DNA of 64,000 bases from Bacteroidota bacterium (GTDB lineage: Bacteria; Bacteroidota; Ignavibacteria; UBA10030; UBA8401): positions 1,327-65,326 of the forward strand of contig SXSI01000020.1 in NCBI GenBank assembly GCA_005792285.1, in the 5' to 3' direction. A model generated the notes under the pieces. The model saw only the letters and a list, made by a program, of their open reading frames with translations, did no database searches and had not been told where the DNA came from. This document shows positions 20,361 to 29,084 of this stretch, piece by piece. Every line of letters begins with the position of its first letter. Positions within the stretch are counted from its first letter, which is position 1. The translations under genes and the position numbers were made by a program.

Positions 20361-21677
20361 TTAAGTTTTTTGTTGTTTTTTCTTTGCGGCTGGAAAAAGA
20401 ATATTATTCAAAATTATTCTGTACCCAGGAGAATTTTTGTGCAAATTTAAATCAGTCGGTGGATCGCCAACTGCATGCTGATAATCTTCCGGATCATGCC
20501 CAGCATAAAAAGTAAAAGTACCTCGTCCGTAATTTCCATGTAAATATTTTATTTCATCACTTCCCTGTCGTTCACCTAAAATAATTGCGTGTGGTTTAAT
20601 TACTTTCCTGTTGAATGCAGTTGTTTGTCCCATAAATCCTTTTACTAAATTTACATGATTCTGTGTTAACATTGTCGGGACGGGATCATGTTTGGCAGAA
20701 AATTCAAAAAGAGTAAAATAATCTGTTGAAGGATCGCGCATAGGAACGGGATCACTTTGTGGTAAATCAATATCCGAATATTCGTATCTGAATGGATTTG
20801 TATCAATTGTAAAATTTTGAAATACTAATGTTTCGTTAAAGTTTAATCTACTTTGAGCATTTCTGTCAACTCCATCTCCGTCAAAAACTACATCGCAAAT
20901 ATCAATTTTTGTCGCAGCAAGTGCAATGTCGTAACTATCAGTAGCTGAACACATAGCAAAAAGAAATCCACCGTTACCAACATAATCGCGAATTCTGTGT
21001 ACAATTTCATTTTTAACTTCGGAAACTTTTGTAAAACCAAGTTCGCGAGATTTTTTTTCGTAAAGTAATTGTTGTTCAATATACCAAGGGGCAGTATGTT
21101 GTGAAGCATAAAATTTTCCGTATTGCCCTGTAAAATCTTCGTGATGAAGATGAAGCCAATCATATTTTTTTAACGCGCCACTAATAACTTCTTCATCCCA
21201 AATTTTATCGTAATTTATTTCAGCATATTCCAAAGCCATTGTAACTGCATCGTCCCACGGTTTAAGATTTGGAGTAACATAAACTGCAATTTTTGGTACT
21301 TTCTCTAAAATAACAACTTCTGCATTTGAGGATTCGTTTCCAATTTCCGAATAAATTTTTGCTGCTTGTGAAATTGTTATTTCTTCAAAATAAATTCCTC
21401 TCACACGCATTTCTTTTTGAAGCAGTGAAATATTGTCGCATAAAAATGAACCCCCTCTATAATTCAATAACCATTCAATTTGTATATTTTTATTTAATGC
21501 GAAAAATGCAACACCGTAAGCTTTTAAATGATTTGTTTGTTTCAAATCCATCGGGACGAGTAATTTTTCCCGAGCTACTATTATTGTAGAAAATATAATT
21601 AATACTGCAAAAATATTTTTACTTTTTCTTAACATGTTAAATTGGCTCAGCACCAAATTTTGTATAAAGAATGTCAA
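20361..21677 (-). CDS. Hypothetical secreted protein
   Basis: Signal-anchor N-terminus; 438 aa; no motif I can assign with confidence. Confidence 0.5.
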   Translation of the reverse strand: MTFFIQNLVLSQFNMLRKSKNIFAVLIIFSTIIVAREKLLVPMDLKQTNHLKAYGVAFFALNKNIQIEWLLNYRGGSFLCDNISLLQKEMRVRGIYFEEITISQAAKIYSEIGNESSNAEVVILEKVPKIAVYVTPNLKPWDDAVTMALEYAEINYDKIWDEEVISGALKKYDWLHLHHEDFTGQYGKFYASQHTAPWYIEQQLLYEKKSRELGFTKVSEVKNEIVHRIRDYVGNGGFLFAMCSATDSYDIALAATKIDICDVVFDGDGVDRNAQSRLNFNETLVFQNFTIDTNPFRYEYSDIDLPQSDPVPMRDPSTDYFTLFEFSAKHDPVPTMLTQNHVNLVKGFMGQTTAFNRKVIKPHAIILGERQGSDEIKYLHGNYGRGTFTFYAGHDPEDYQHAVGDPPTDLNLHKNSPGYRIILNNILFPAAKKKQQKT

Positions 21678-23277
21678 GAATTATTTTTTCGCGTGGATCT
21701 ACTTCTTCTTTCTTCATCCCGTTTTCATGTGTGTTTATTATTTGAGGTATTTTTTTATCTTGAATAATCCCTTCAACGCGAAGATTGATATCAAATATTT
21801 CTTTTAATAATCCGGAAATAAATTCCCGATCTTTTTTAATTGCTGAAATATGAAATAATTCTTCGCATCCAAGTTGTAATACTACATCCGAAATTGCAAA
21901 AGGAGTAACATGCGAAAGAATGCTGCCTGTTGATACTTTTCTTTTATTGGCTTCCGTTACAACATCAACCCACTTCTCCTTTAATAATTCAATTGTAACT
22001 TCTGATTGAATTGTATTTTTTACTACAGGTTGAATTCCCTCTTTTATTTCTGTTAAAATAATTTTGGCGGAAACTACTGTTTTTGGTATGCGATTTTGTT
22101 GATTTACTTCGGTACTACTTTTTAATCGTTCAAAAAAAGGCTTTTTTTTTAACTCTTGCAATTCAGCAAGAATAGTTGAGATGTCCGATACCGATTCCAG
22201 CTTCGTCATCTGAACAAAAACCGCCTCTAATCTGAAACGTGGTTGAACGGCATATTTTAATCCCGTTTCTAATTTTCCTAAAAGTTGAATTACTCGTAAA
22301 ATATCAAACTCTGAAAATATTTTACTTTCTTCCTGATATTTTTTTCTGAAAAAATCTGAAACTGCTAATAACGACGGAGATGCGTTTGAATGAATTATTA
22401 ACATATTCCTGAAATGCTCAATAAGACCGGAAACAAATTCCTTTAAATCATATCCTTTTTGCATTACATCGTCAATCAAAGTTAAAACTTCTGAAGTGTT
22501 GCGTTGAGCTATAGCTTCCGAAACTCGGAAAAACATTTCCGTATCAATTAAATTTAGCGTCAACACAACTTGATCGGAAGTTATTGTAGAACCGCATGAA
22601 GAAATAACTTGATCTAACATACTTTGCGCATCTCGCATTGCGCCATCTGCTTTTTTTGCCAAAATAAGAAGTGATGGTTTATCAATTGAAATTTTTTCTT
22701 CCTTCGCAATTTGTTCCAACTTCATTACAATATCATCAACACTAATTCTTCTGAAGTCGTATCGTTGGCATCGTGATAAAATTGTTGTCGGAACTTTTTG
22801 AATTTCTGTAGTTGCAAAAATAAAAGCGATATGACTTGGTGGTTCTTCTAAAGTTTTCAAAAGTGCATTGAAAGCATGTTGCGTTAACATGTGAACTTCA
22901 TCAATTATGTAAACGCGATACTTCCCACGAGTTGGCATATATTTAACCCCTTCGCGGATTTTTTGAATTTCTTCCACACTTCTATTTGACGCACCATCAA
23001 TTTCAATTACATCCAGCGATCTTCCATCGGTAATTTCTTTACACGTGTCACAATTGTTACAGGGATTAAAATTTTGTTGTGAAGTGCAGTTAACTGCTTT
23101 TGCAAGAATTCGTGCAGTTGTAGTTTTTCCGGAACCTCTCCCACCGCTAAAAATATACGCGTGCGATAATCGATTAGAAGCAATTGCATTACGAAGCGTT
23201 GTTGTTATATGTTGCTGGCCAACTACATCTTCAAAAATTTGTGGTCTATATTTTCGAGCTGTTACTATGTACGACAT
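21637..23277 (-). CDS. dnaX: DNA polymerase III subunits gamma/tau
   Basis: RPQIFEDVVGQQHITTTL...SGGRGSGKTTTARILAKAVNC (Walker A), Zn-module CxxC..C..C, DEVHML box. It contains an A9 run at about two-thirds of its length; see findings. Confidence 0.9.
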   Translation of the reverse strand: MSYIVTARKYRPQIFEDVVGQQHITTTLRNAIASNRLSHAYIFSGGRGSGKTTTARILAKAVNCTSQQNFNPCNNCDTCKEITDGRSLDVIEIDGASNRSVEEIQKIREGVKYMPTRGKYRVYIIDEVHMLTQHAFNALLKTLEEPPSHIAFIFATTEIQKVPTTILSRCQRYDFRRISVDDIVMKLEQIAKEEKISIDKPSLLILAKKADGAMRDAQSMLDQVISSCGSTITSDQVVLTLNLIDTEMFFRVSEAIAQRNTSEVLTLIDDVMQKGYDLKEFVSGLIEHFRNMLIIHSNASPSLLAVSDFFRKKYQEESKIFSEFDILRVIQLLGKLETGLKYAVQPRFRLEAVFVQMTKLESVSDISTILAELQELKKKPFFERLKSSTEVNQQNRIPKTVVSAKIILTEIKEGIQPVVKNTIQSEVTIELLKEKWVDVVTEANKRKVSTGSILSHVTPFAISDVVLQLGCEELFHISAIKKDREFISGLLKEIFDINLRVEGIIQDKKIPQIINTHENGMKKEEVDPREKIILDILYTKFGAEPI

Positions 23278-25635
23278 TTAATTTTCTAATTTTTTAAATA
23301 AATAGATTGTTGCTTCTTCAATCTTTTGTATTGGAATTATACGAAGACCTTTCTTTACTTCAATATGTACTTCACTTAAATCTTTTTCATTTTCTTTTGG
23401 AATTAAAACAGTTGTAATTCCATTACGTTTTGCAGCAAGTAATTTTTCATTTAATCCACCAATTGCTAAAATTTTACCGCGTAAAGTTATTTCGCCAGTC
23501 ATTGCAACATCTGAACGAGCAGCAACCCCGGAAAGTGCAGATATCATTGCCATCGCCATTGTAATTCCTGCAGAAGGACCATCTTTTGGAATTGCTCCTT
23601 CGGGAACGTGAATATGAATTTCTTTATCGGAAAAAAAATCTGGTTTAATTTTAAATTTTTTTGCATTGGATCGAATATAACTTAATGCCGCTTGTGCAGA
23701 CTCTTTCATAATATCACCAAGTTGTCCGGTAAGTGTTAACTTTCCACTTCCTTTCATAACAGTAACTTCAATTGATAAAATATCTCCGCCCATACTTGTC
23801 CAAGCGAGTCCCGTAACAGAACCAATTTTAGATTTCAAATCGGTAGCACGATGTCTGTATTTTTGAACTCCCAGATAACTTGAAACTGATTTATCAGAAA
23901 TAGTTATTTTAGATTTTTTATTTTTACTTACAATTTCAGTTGCAATTTTTCTGCAGATTGTAGCAAGCTCCCGTTCAAGATTTCTCACTCCCGATTCTCT
24001 TGTGTAATATCTTATAACTTCTGAAAGAGATTTTTCCTCAAAATGTGTTTTGTTTTCTTTCAAGCCATGATTTTTTAGAAGTTTTGGAAGAATGTGTCTC
24101 TTTGCGATTTGAAGTTTTTCAAAATCGAGATAACTCGAGAGTTCAATTATTTCCATTCGATCTTGTAATGGAAGAGGAATGTGATAGCGAATATTTGCAG
24201 TTGTAATAAACATGACCTTTGAAAGATCGTAATCAACTTCAAGATAATGATCGTTGAAAGTTGAATTTTGTTCGGGATCGAGAACTTCTAATAATGCAGC
24301 ACTCGGATCTCCACGAAAGTCCATACTCATCTTATCAATTTCATCTAATAAAATTACAGGATTAATTGCTCCAGCCTTTTTCATTGCCTGAATAATTTTT
24401 CCCGGCATTGAACCAATATATGTTCGTCTATGACCACGGATTTCTGCTTCATCGCGAACTCCACCGAGCGACATGCGAACAAATTTTCTACCTAAAGCTC
24501 TTGCAATTGAACGAGCGAGTGAAGTTTTTCCAACTCCGGGAGGACCAACCAAACAGAGAATTTGCCCTTTCATTTCTTTAACAAGATTTAAAACTGCGAT
24601 GTATTCTATAATTCTCTCTTTTGTTTTTTTTAATCCAAAATGATCTTCATTAAGAATTTTTTTTACATGAGCAATTTTGAGAGTATCTTTTGTTTTTACA
24701 GACCAAGGAACATCTTTTAGCCAATCAAGATAATTTCGTATAACAGTAAATTCCGGAAACATTGATGGTGTTTTTTTTAGTTTATTAAATTCCTCAATCG
24801 CCCTATCATAAACTAACGGTGGCATTTTTGCCTCCTCGATTGTTTTTTTCAACTGAGCCATTTCTGGCGTTCCCTCTTCTTCGCCACCAAGATCAGATAA
24901 TTCCTCATTCAATATTTTCATCTGTTCTTGAATTATGAATTTCCGCTGTGTCTTTTGAATATTATCGTGAACTTTTATATCAATTTCCCGTTCGATCTTC
25001 AAAATATTTATTTCGCCTGTAAGTATTTTAATTATTTCTGTGAATTGTTCTTTTGGATTTTGAAGTTGAAGAAGCTTCTGCTTTACATCCACAGTTTGTA
25101 AAATATTTGCAGCAATAAAATATAATTTCCTGAGGGGGTCTGTAATAGTTTCAAATGCTCCAAAAACTTCTGGTGAAATATTTCTGTTGGATCTTGCATA
25201 CTCACTAAATAAACTTGATGAATGACGAATAAGCGCCGTCATTTCTTCAGATGATTCGATTTTTAGTTTAGTTAATGAAACTTCAGCCATCATAAATTCT
25301 TTTGGCTCAAGAAACGAATCAATCCTTCCTTGCATTAAACCATCCACCAAAACTTTTATAATATTATTTGGAAGTTTTACAAGTTGAATAATACTTGCAA
25401 TTGTTCCTTCGCGATGAATATCGTCATTTAATGGTTCATCTACACTTGAATCTTTTTGCGTTGCTAGAAAAATATATTTTTGGTGATTTAATGCATACTG
25501 CGCAACCTTCAAAGATGATGTTCGACCAACAAGTAGTGGAAATATCATATGTGGAAATATTACAATATCTCTTAGTGGAAGAACTGGTAAGATTTTTGGT
25601 ATTGATTTTTCTATTGAATATTCATGTTGACTCAT
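23278..25635 (-). CDS. lon: ATP-dependent Lon protease
   Basis: LON N-domain. AAA+ Walker A GPPGVGKTSLARSIA. Catalytic Ser in PKDGPSAGITMAMAMISAL and Lys in the proteolytic domain. 785 aa. Confidence 0.92.
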   Translation of the reverse strand: MSQHEYSIEKSIPKILPVLPLRDIVIFPHMIFPLLVGRTSSLKVAQYALNHQKYIFLATQKDSSVDEPLNDDIHREGTIASIIQLVKLPNNIIKVLVDGLMQGRIDSFLEPKEFMMAEVSLTKLKIESSEEMTALIRHSSSLFSEYARSNRNISPEVFGAFETITDPLRKLYFIAANILQTVDVKQKLLQLQNPKEQFTEIIKILTGEINILKIEREIDIKVHDNIQKTQRKFIIQEQMKILNEELSDLGGEEEGTPEMAQLKKTIEEAKMPPLVYDRAIEEFNKLKKTPSMFPEFTVIRNYLDWLKDVPWSVKTKDTLKIAHVKKILNEDHFGLKKTKERIIEYIAVLNLVKEMKGQILCLVGPPGVGKTSLARSIARALGRKFVRMSLGGVRDEAEIRGHRRTYIGSMPGKIIQAMKKAGAINPVILLDEIDKMSMDFRGDPSAALLEVLDPEQNSTFNDHYLEVDYDLSKVMFITTANIRYHIPLPLQDRMEIIELSSYLDFEKLQIAKRHILPKLLKNHGLKENKTHFEEKSLSEVIRYYTRESGVRNLERELATICRKIATEIVSKNKKSKITISDKSVSSYLGVQKYRHRATDLKSKIGSVTGLAWTSMGGDILSIEVTVMKGSGKLTLTGQLGDIMKESAQAALSYIRSNAKKFKIKPDFFSDKEIHIHVPEGAIPKDGPSAGITMAMAMISALSGVAARSDVAMTGEITLRGKILAIGGLNEKLLAAKRNGITTVLIPKENEKDLSEVHIEVKKGLRIIPIQKIEEATIYLFKKLEN

Positions 25636-25640
25636 TTTAA

Positions 25641-26327
25641 TTACGCTGCTCCCTGAAATTTATTAATTGCCGCAACTCCACCTTGTTCGTATAAATCGCA
25701 CATTCTATTTTCTGCACCAACATTATAATTATAAGTTGGGATGTTTATTTTTTTAGAAGAATATTTTTTTAATAACGCTTTCATTAATTCATAATCTTCT
25801 GCAAATTGTACGTTTGGAAATCCATTTTCTTTATCTAAATATTTTTTGTAAATAAATAATGTACCAGCCATCAGACAATCTTGCAGATGAATTTTTTTTC
25901 CGGGACGTTCAACATCGGGAGCGTAATGCTTATTCTTCGGACCGATACAATTAATCCCGCCATATAGAAAATCTACTTTAGTATTTTTCAATTCATCTAT
26001 TCTTTTTGAAATATGCTCTTCTTCTAAAGTATCATCCGAATCCAAAAAAGTTACAATTTCTCCACTTGCCAATTGAAGTCCAGTATTTCTTGCAACCGCA
26101 GGTCCTCGGTTTGGTTGCGAAACATAAATAATATTTTTATATAATTTAATAAACGGTTCCAATATTTCGTGAGTGTTGTCTTTACTTCCATCATCTACAA
26201 TAACTAATTCCCACTTTTTATAATTTTGATTAATTACAGATTGAACTGCCTTTTTCAAATATTTCGCTCTATTATAAGTACATAAAATAATCGAAACTTG
26301 GGGATTTGTTTTTCTGTTTTTCACCAC
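25641..26327 (-). CDS. Family 2 glycosyltransferase
   Basis: VSIILCTYNRAKYL...VIVDDGSKDNT...TFLDSDD: GT-A fold with DxD motifs. Confidence 0.8.
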   Translation of the reverse strand: MVKNRKTNPQVSIILCTYNRAKYLKKAVQSVINQNYKKWELVIVDDGSKDNTHEILEPFIKLYKNIIYVSQPNRGPAVARNTGLQLASGEIVTFLDSDDTLEEEHISKRIDELKNTKVDFLYGGINCIGPKNKHYAPDVERPGKKIHLQDCLMAGTLFIYKKYLDKENGFPNVQFAEDYELMKALLKKYSSKKINIPTYNYNVGAENRMCDLYEQGGVAAINKFQGAA

Positions 26328-26354
26328 TGAATATAGGAAAAAATGGAACTTGGA

Positions 26355-26690
26355 TTATAGTTGTTTTCTATTGTGCAGCAAAGAAGAAATAAATGAAATT
26401 ATTATTTCTGCATCTTTTATTGGTTCAACGCTTGGCGAATTAAAGTTTTTATCAAGTCGTTTTAATAATCTATTTGCAGCATCGCGGACAATTGTTTTTG
26501 ATTCTGGATGTTCGGCTATAATGTTCAATGCAGAAATTGCATCTGTTATTTTTTGGTTTGCAGGATTTTGTTTTTGCAATTCTATAACTCCTTGCAATAC
26601 AATTCTTCTTGCCGCTACTCTAATTTTCCCTGGATTTTCACTTCGTAATGCGCGAGATTTTTCTATTTCTATTTCTTCGAGCCAACTCAT
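26355..26690 (-). CDS. Hypothetical protein
   Basis: 111-aa ORF with protein-like composition and a 4-nt overlap (ATGA) with the upstream gene on the same strand. The fully overlapping plus-strand ORF at 26350..26697 is Cys/Phe-rich and was judged spurious. Confidence 0.4.
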   Translation of the reverse strand: MSWLEEIEIEKSRALRSENPGKIRVAARRIVLQGVIELQKQNPANQKITDAISALNIIAEHPESKTIVRDAANRLLKRLDKNFNSPSVEPIKDAEIIISFISSLLHNRKQL

Positions 26691-28180
26691 TTGTTAATAT
26701 TAAATATTTTTCTTCCGACTTCACAGTCCAAACATTTTTCTTTTAAGCAATATTGTTCATTTAGATCGATTAACGCTTGTTGCTGAAGTGGTGATGTTAA
26801 ATTAAATTTTTGTTTTATTAATTGATTTTCCATTTTACGGAGTACTGAATTTGTTTCCATCAGCGGTAAGTTATCCATTAATTCCCAAACTTTTTTGGCT
26901 AATTCTGGTTTTGAAAATAATTTTGAATAAAGTAAGATTAATGGTAAAAATATATTTACAATAATATCCAATCGCCTTGATTTACCAATCAGTGAGTGAC
27001 TTGTTTCAGAAGGTGAATTAAAGTTCCAATAATTTGACCAATATGAATCGTATGAAACAGTTAAAAGTAAATCATATTTATAATATTGCTCATCGGTTGA
27101 ATCAGACATTTCTAAAATTAATATAACTTCTCGGAATAATTTTTCCTTCAAAATCTTTATCAATAAATAACTAGAAGCTGCAATTCTTATAGAAGGATGA
27201 TTTGCCGGTCTTGTTGGAAAAATAATCCAGCTATTTTCTGGAATTGTCTCTCCATTCCAAAGTTTGCGAATGGGTTTCAATGACTGTTGTAAACTATAAC
27301 AAAATATTTTTGTTGGTTGATCTTTTACTTTCGTCGGCTTTAATCCTGAAACTGCAAACAATAATGATTGTAATTCTGTAATTCCTAATTTATCTTTATC
27401 TGTATTTTGAAATAATGAAGGATAAATTATTTCTGAAAGTTTTCGCATTTGAGTTCTGTGTTGCGAGTAGCCCAAGGCATCACACAAATTAGAAAAAAGT
27501 AAATCTTCCCAAATAATACTGCATCGAATTAGCTTATTTGTAGTTGTATTTTCTAAAGAGTTAAATGGTAAATTTTGTTCGGCAACTTGGTTACTGTTTT
27601 TAATATTTCTTTTTGTAAATCTATCAATCCAATAATAAAGTTCCTCTTTCATAAAACTAACTTTCCGATCGAACCTTTCTTTTGCAAGCTGGGGAAGCAT
27701 GTTCAATATTAATTTTTTACCAACACCTTCATTTTTTGTGTAGCAAGGAATATGATTGAATACTTTTTTTCCCTCATCTCGTAGTAGTTGCTCGGTAATA
27801 TTTGAAATATTTTCTGAGAGATGTTTTTCCAAAATAACTGTCGGAATAACCCTTTTACCTTCTGATTGAATTGTAATATTTTTGTTTCCCTTTAACACAA
27901 TGTGAAGTATTGTCGTGTTGAATTGTTTATTTGTGCTGTGTAAATGTGAATGCCAATCGTTTGCATCACGATGGAATTCTATATTCCCATAAAATCGAAT
28001 ACCATTTATTTTTATTTCAGCATTTTGAAAGTCTGGCCCGAATCCATTATGCAATTCTCCAAACTTTTTAACGTTAATCTCCTCCCCGGTTGTACTTATA
28101 AATTTATTTGTAATAAGATATTTCTGATTCCATAAATGGCGAAGCAGATTTTCGGAGAGATTTAGTTCTCTCAGTTTCAT
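26687..28180 (-). CDS. Conserved hypothetical protein, possibly DUF2851 family
   Basis: 497 aa. The N-terminal region (...GELHNGFGPDFQNAEIKINGIRFYGNIEFHRDANDWHSHLHS...) resembles, as I recall it, the conserved start of Bacteroidota/Chlorobi DUF2851 proteins. I cannot verify the family without a search. Confidence 0.45.
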   Translation of the reverse strand: MKLRELNLSENLLRHLWNQKYLITNKFISTTGEEINVKKFGELHNGFGPDFQNAEIKINGIRFYGNIEFHRDANDWHSHLHSTNKQFNTTILHIVLKGNKNITIQSEGKRVIPTVILEKHLSENISNITEQLLRDEGKKVFNHIPCYTKNEGVGKKLILNMLPQLAKERFDRKVSFMKEELYYWIDRFTKRNIKNSNQVAEQNLPFNSLENTTTNKLIRCSIIWEDLLFSNLCDALGYSQHRTQMRKLSEIIYPSLFQNTDKDKLGITELQSLLFAVSGLKPTKVKDQPTKIFCYSLQQSLKPIRKLWNGETIPENSWIIFPTRPANHPSIRIAASSYLLIKILKEKLFREVILILEMSDSTDEQYYKYDLLLTVSYDSYWSNYWNFNSPSETSHSLIGKSRRLDIIVNIFLPLILLYSKLFSKPELAKKVWELMDNLPLMETNSVLRKMENQLIKQKFNLTSPLQQQALIDLNEQYCLKEKCLDCEVGRKIFNINK

Positions 28181-28192
28181 CTTATAATGGGA

Positions 28193-28996
28193 TTACATTC
28201 TATATTTTAATATTTCTACAGCAAGCTTAATTGTTTCTTTTCTTGCAGCAATTGCAAAATCTTTCCCAGTTGATGCATATAAAACACTTCGGCTAACATT
28301 TATAATTGCAAAATTATTTTTTATTGTTGATCCATGTTTTACTGCATCTCGTAAATTTCCACCTTGCGCTCCGACTCCAGGAATTAAAAATGGAGATTTG
28401 GGGGCTAACTTCCGAAGTTCTTTTAATTGTGAACTTTTTGTCGCACCAACTACAAATCCAATATTATTATTTTTATTCCACTTTAAAGAAGTTTTTACAA
28501 CATGTTTATAAAGTGGTAGCTTCCCGACTTTCAAAAACTGAAAATCATATGCCCCTTTATTTGAAGTTACAGCAAGTAAAAATATTCCTTTATTTTTATA
28601 ATTCAAAAATGGTTCAACTGAATCGTATCCCATATATGGATTAACAGTTACTGCATCAAATCCAAAATCATCAAAAAGCGATTTAGCATATTGCGATGCA
28701 GTATTTCCAATATCGCCACGTTTGCCATCACCGATTGTAATAATATTTTTCGGAATTGCTTTCAATGTTTGTTTTAAAATATGCCAACCTTCTTTCCCAA
28801 GTGATTCATAAAAAGCGAGATTTATTTTATATGCACAAACGAAATCTTTTGTTGAATTAATAATTGCTTTGTTAAATAAAATAATTCCATTTTTATTTTT
28901 ACGAAGGTGGATTGGTAGTTTTGCTTGATCTGTATCTAATCCAACACATAGCAGTGAATTTTTCTGCGCTTTAATAAGTTTAGAATTAAAGTTCAT
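28193..28996 (-). CDS. pyrF: Orotidine 5'-phosphate decarboxylase (long, type 2 form)
   Basis: LCVGLDTD...ITIGDGKRGDIGNTA...VTVNPYMG. About 267 aa, typical of the type-2 OMPdecase found in Bacteroidota and Actinobacteria. Confidence 0.8.
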   Translation of the reverse strand: MNFNSKLIKAQKNSLLCVGLDTDQAKLPIHLRKNKNGIILFNKAIINSTKDFVCAYKINLAFYESLGKEGWHILKQTLKAIPKNIITIGDGKRGDIGNTASQYAKSLFDDFGFDAVTVNPYMGYDSVEPFLNYKNKGIFLLAVTSNKGAYDFQFLKVGKLPLYKHVVKTSLKWNKNNNIGFVVGATKSSQLKELRKLAPKSPFLIPGVGAQGGNLRDAVKHGSTIKNNFAIINVSRSVLYASTGKDFAIAARKETIKLAVEILKYRM

Positions 28997-29041
28997 TTGA
29001 TTTATATAATTTAGCTGGAAAATAATCAGTTATGAAATAAA

Positions 29042-29070
29042 TTAAGGGGGAAGTTCTTTTCCTCCCTTAA
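29042..29070 (-). terminator. Candidate intrinsic terminator downstream of the TonB-dependent receptor gene
   Basis: Minus-strand hairpin TTAAGGGAGG...CCCCCTTAA (7-9 bp stem) followed by a T-rich tail (tttatttcat), 15 nt past the stop at 29085. Confidence 0.35.
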
Positions 29071-29084
29071 TAAAGTAATTTAAT

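Noticed and set aside
26350-26697. Plus-strand 115-aa ORF fully overlapping the minus-strand 111-aa ORF
   Set aside because: Its translation is Cys/Phe/Ser-rich and unprotein-like. The minus-strand ORF has normal composition and a 4-nt ATGA overlap with the upstream gene of the same strand.
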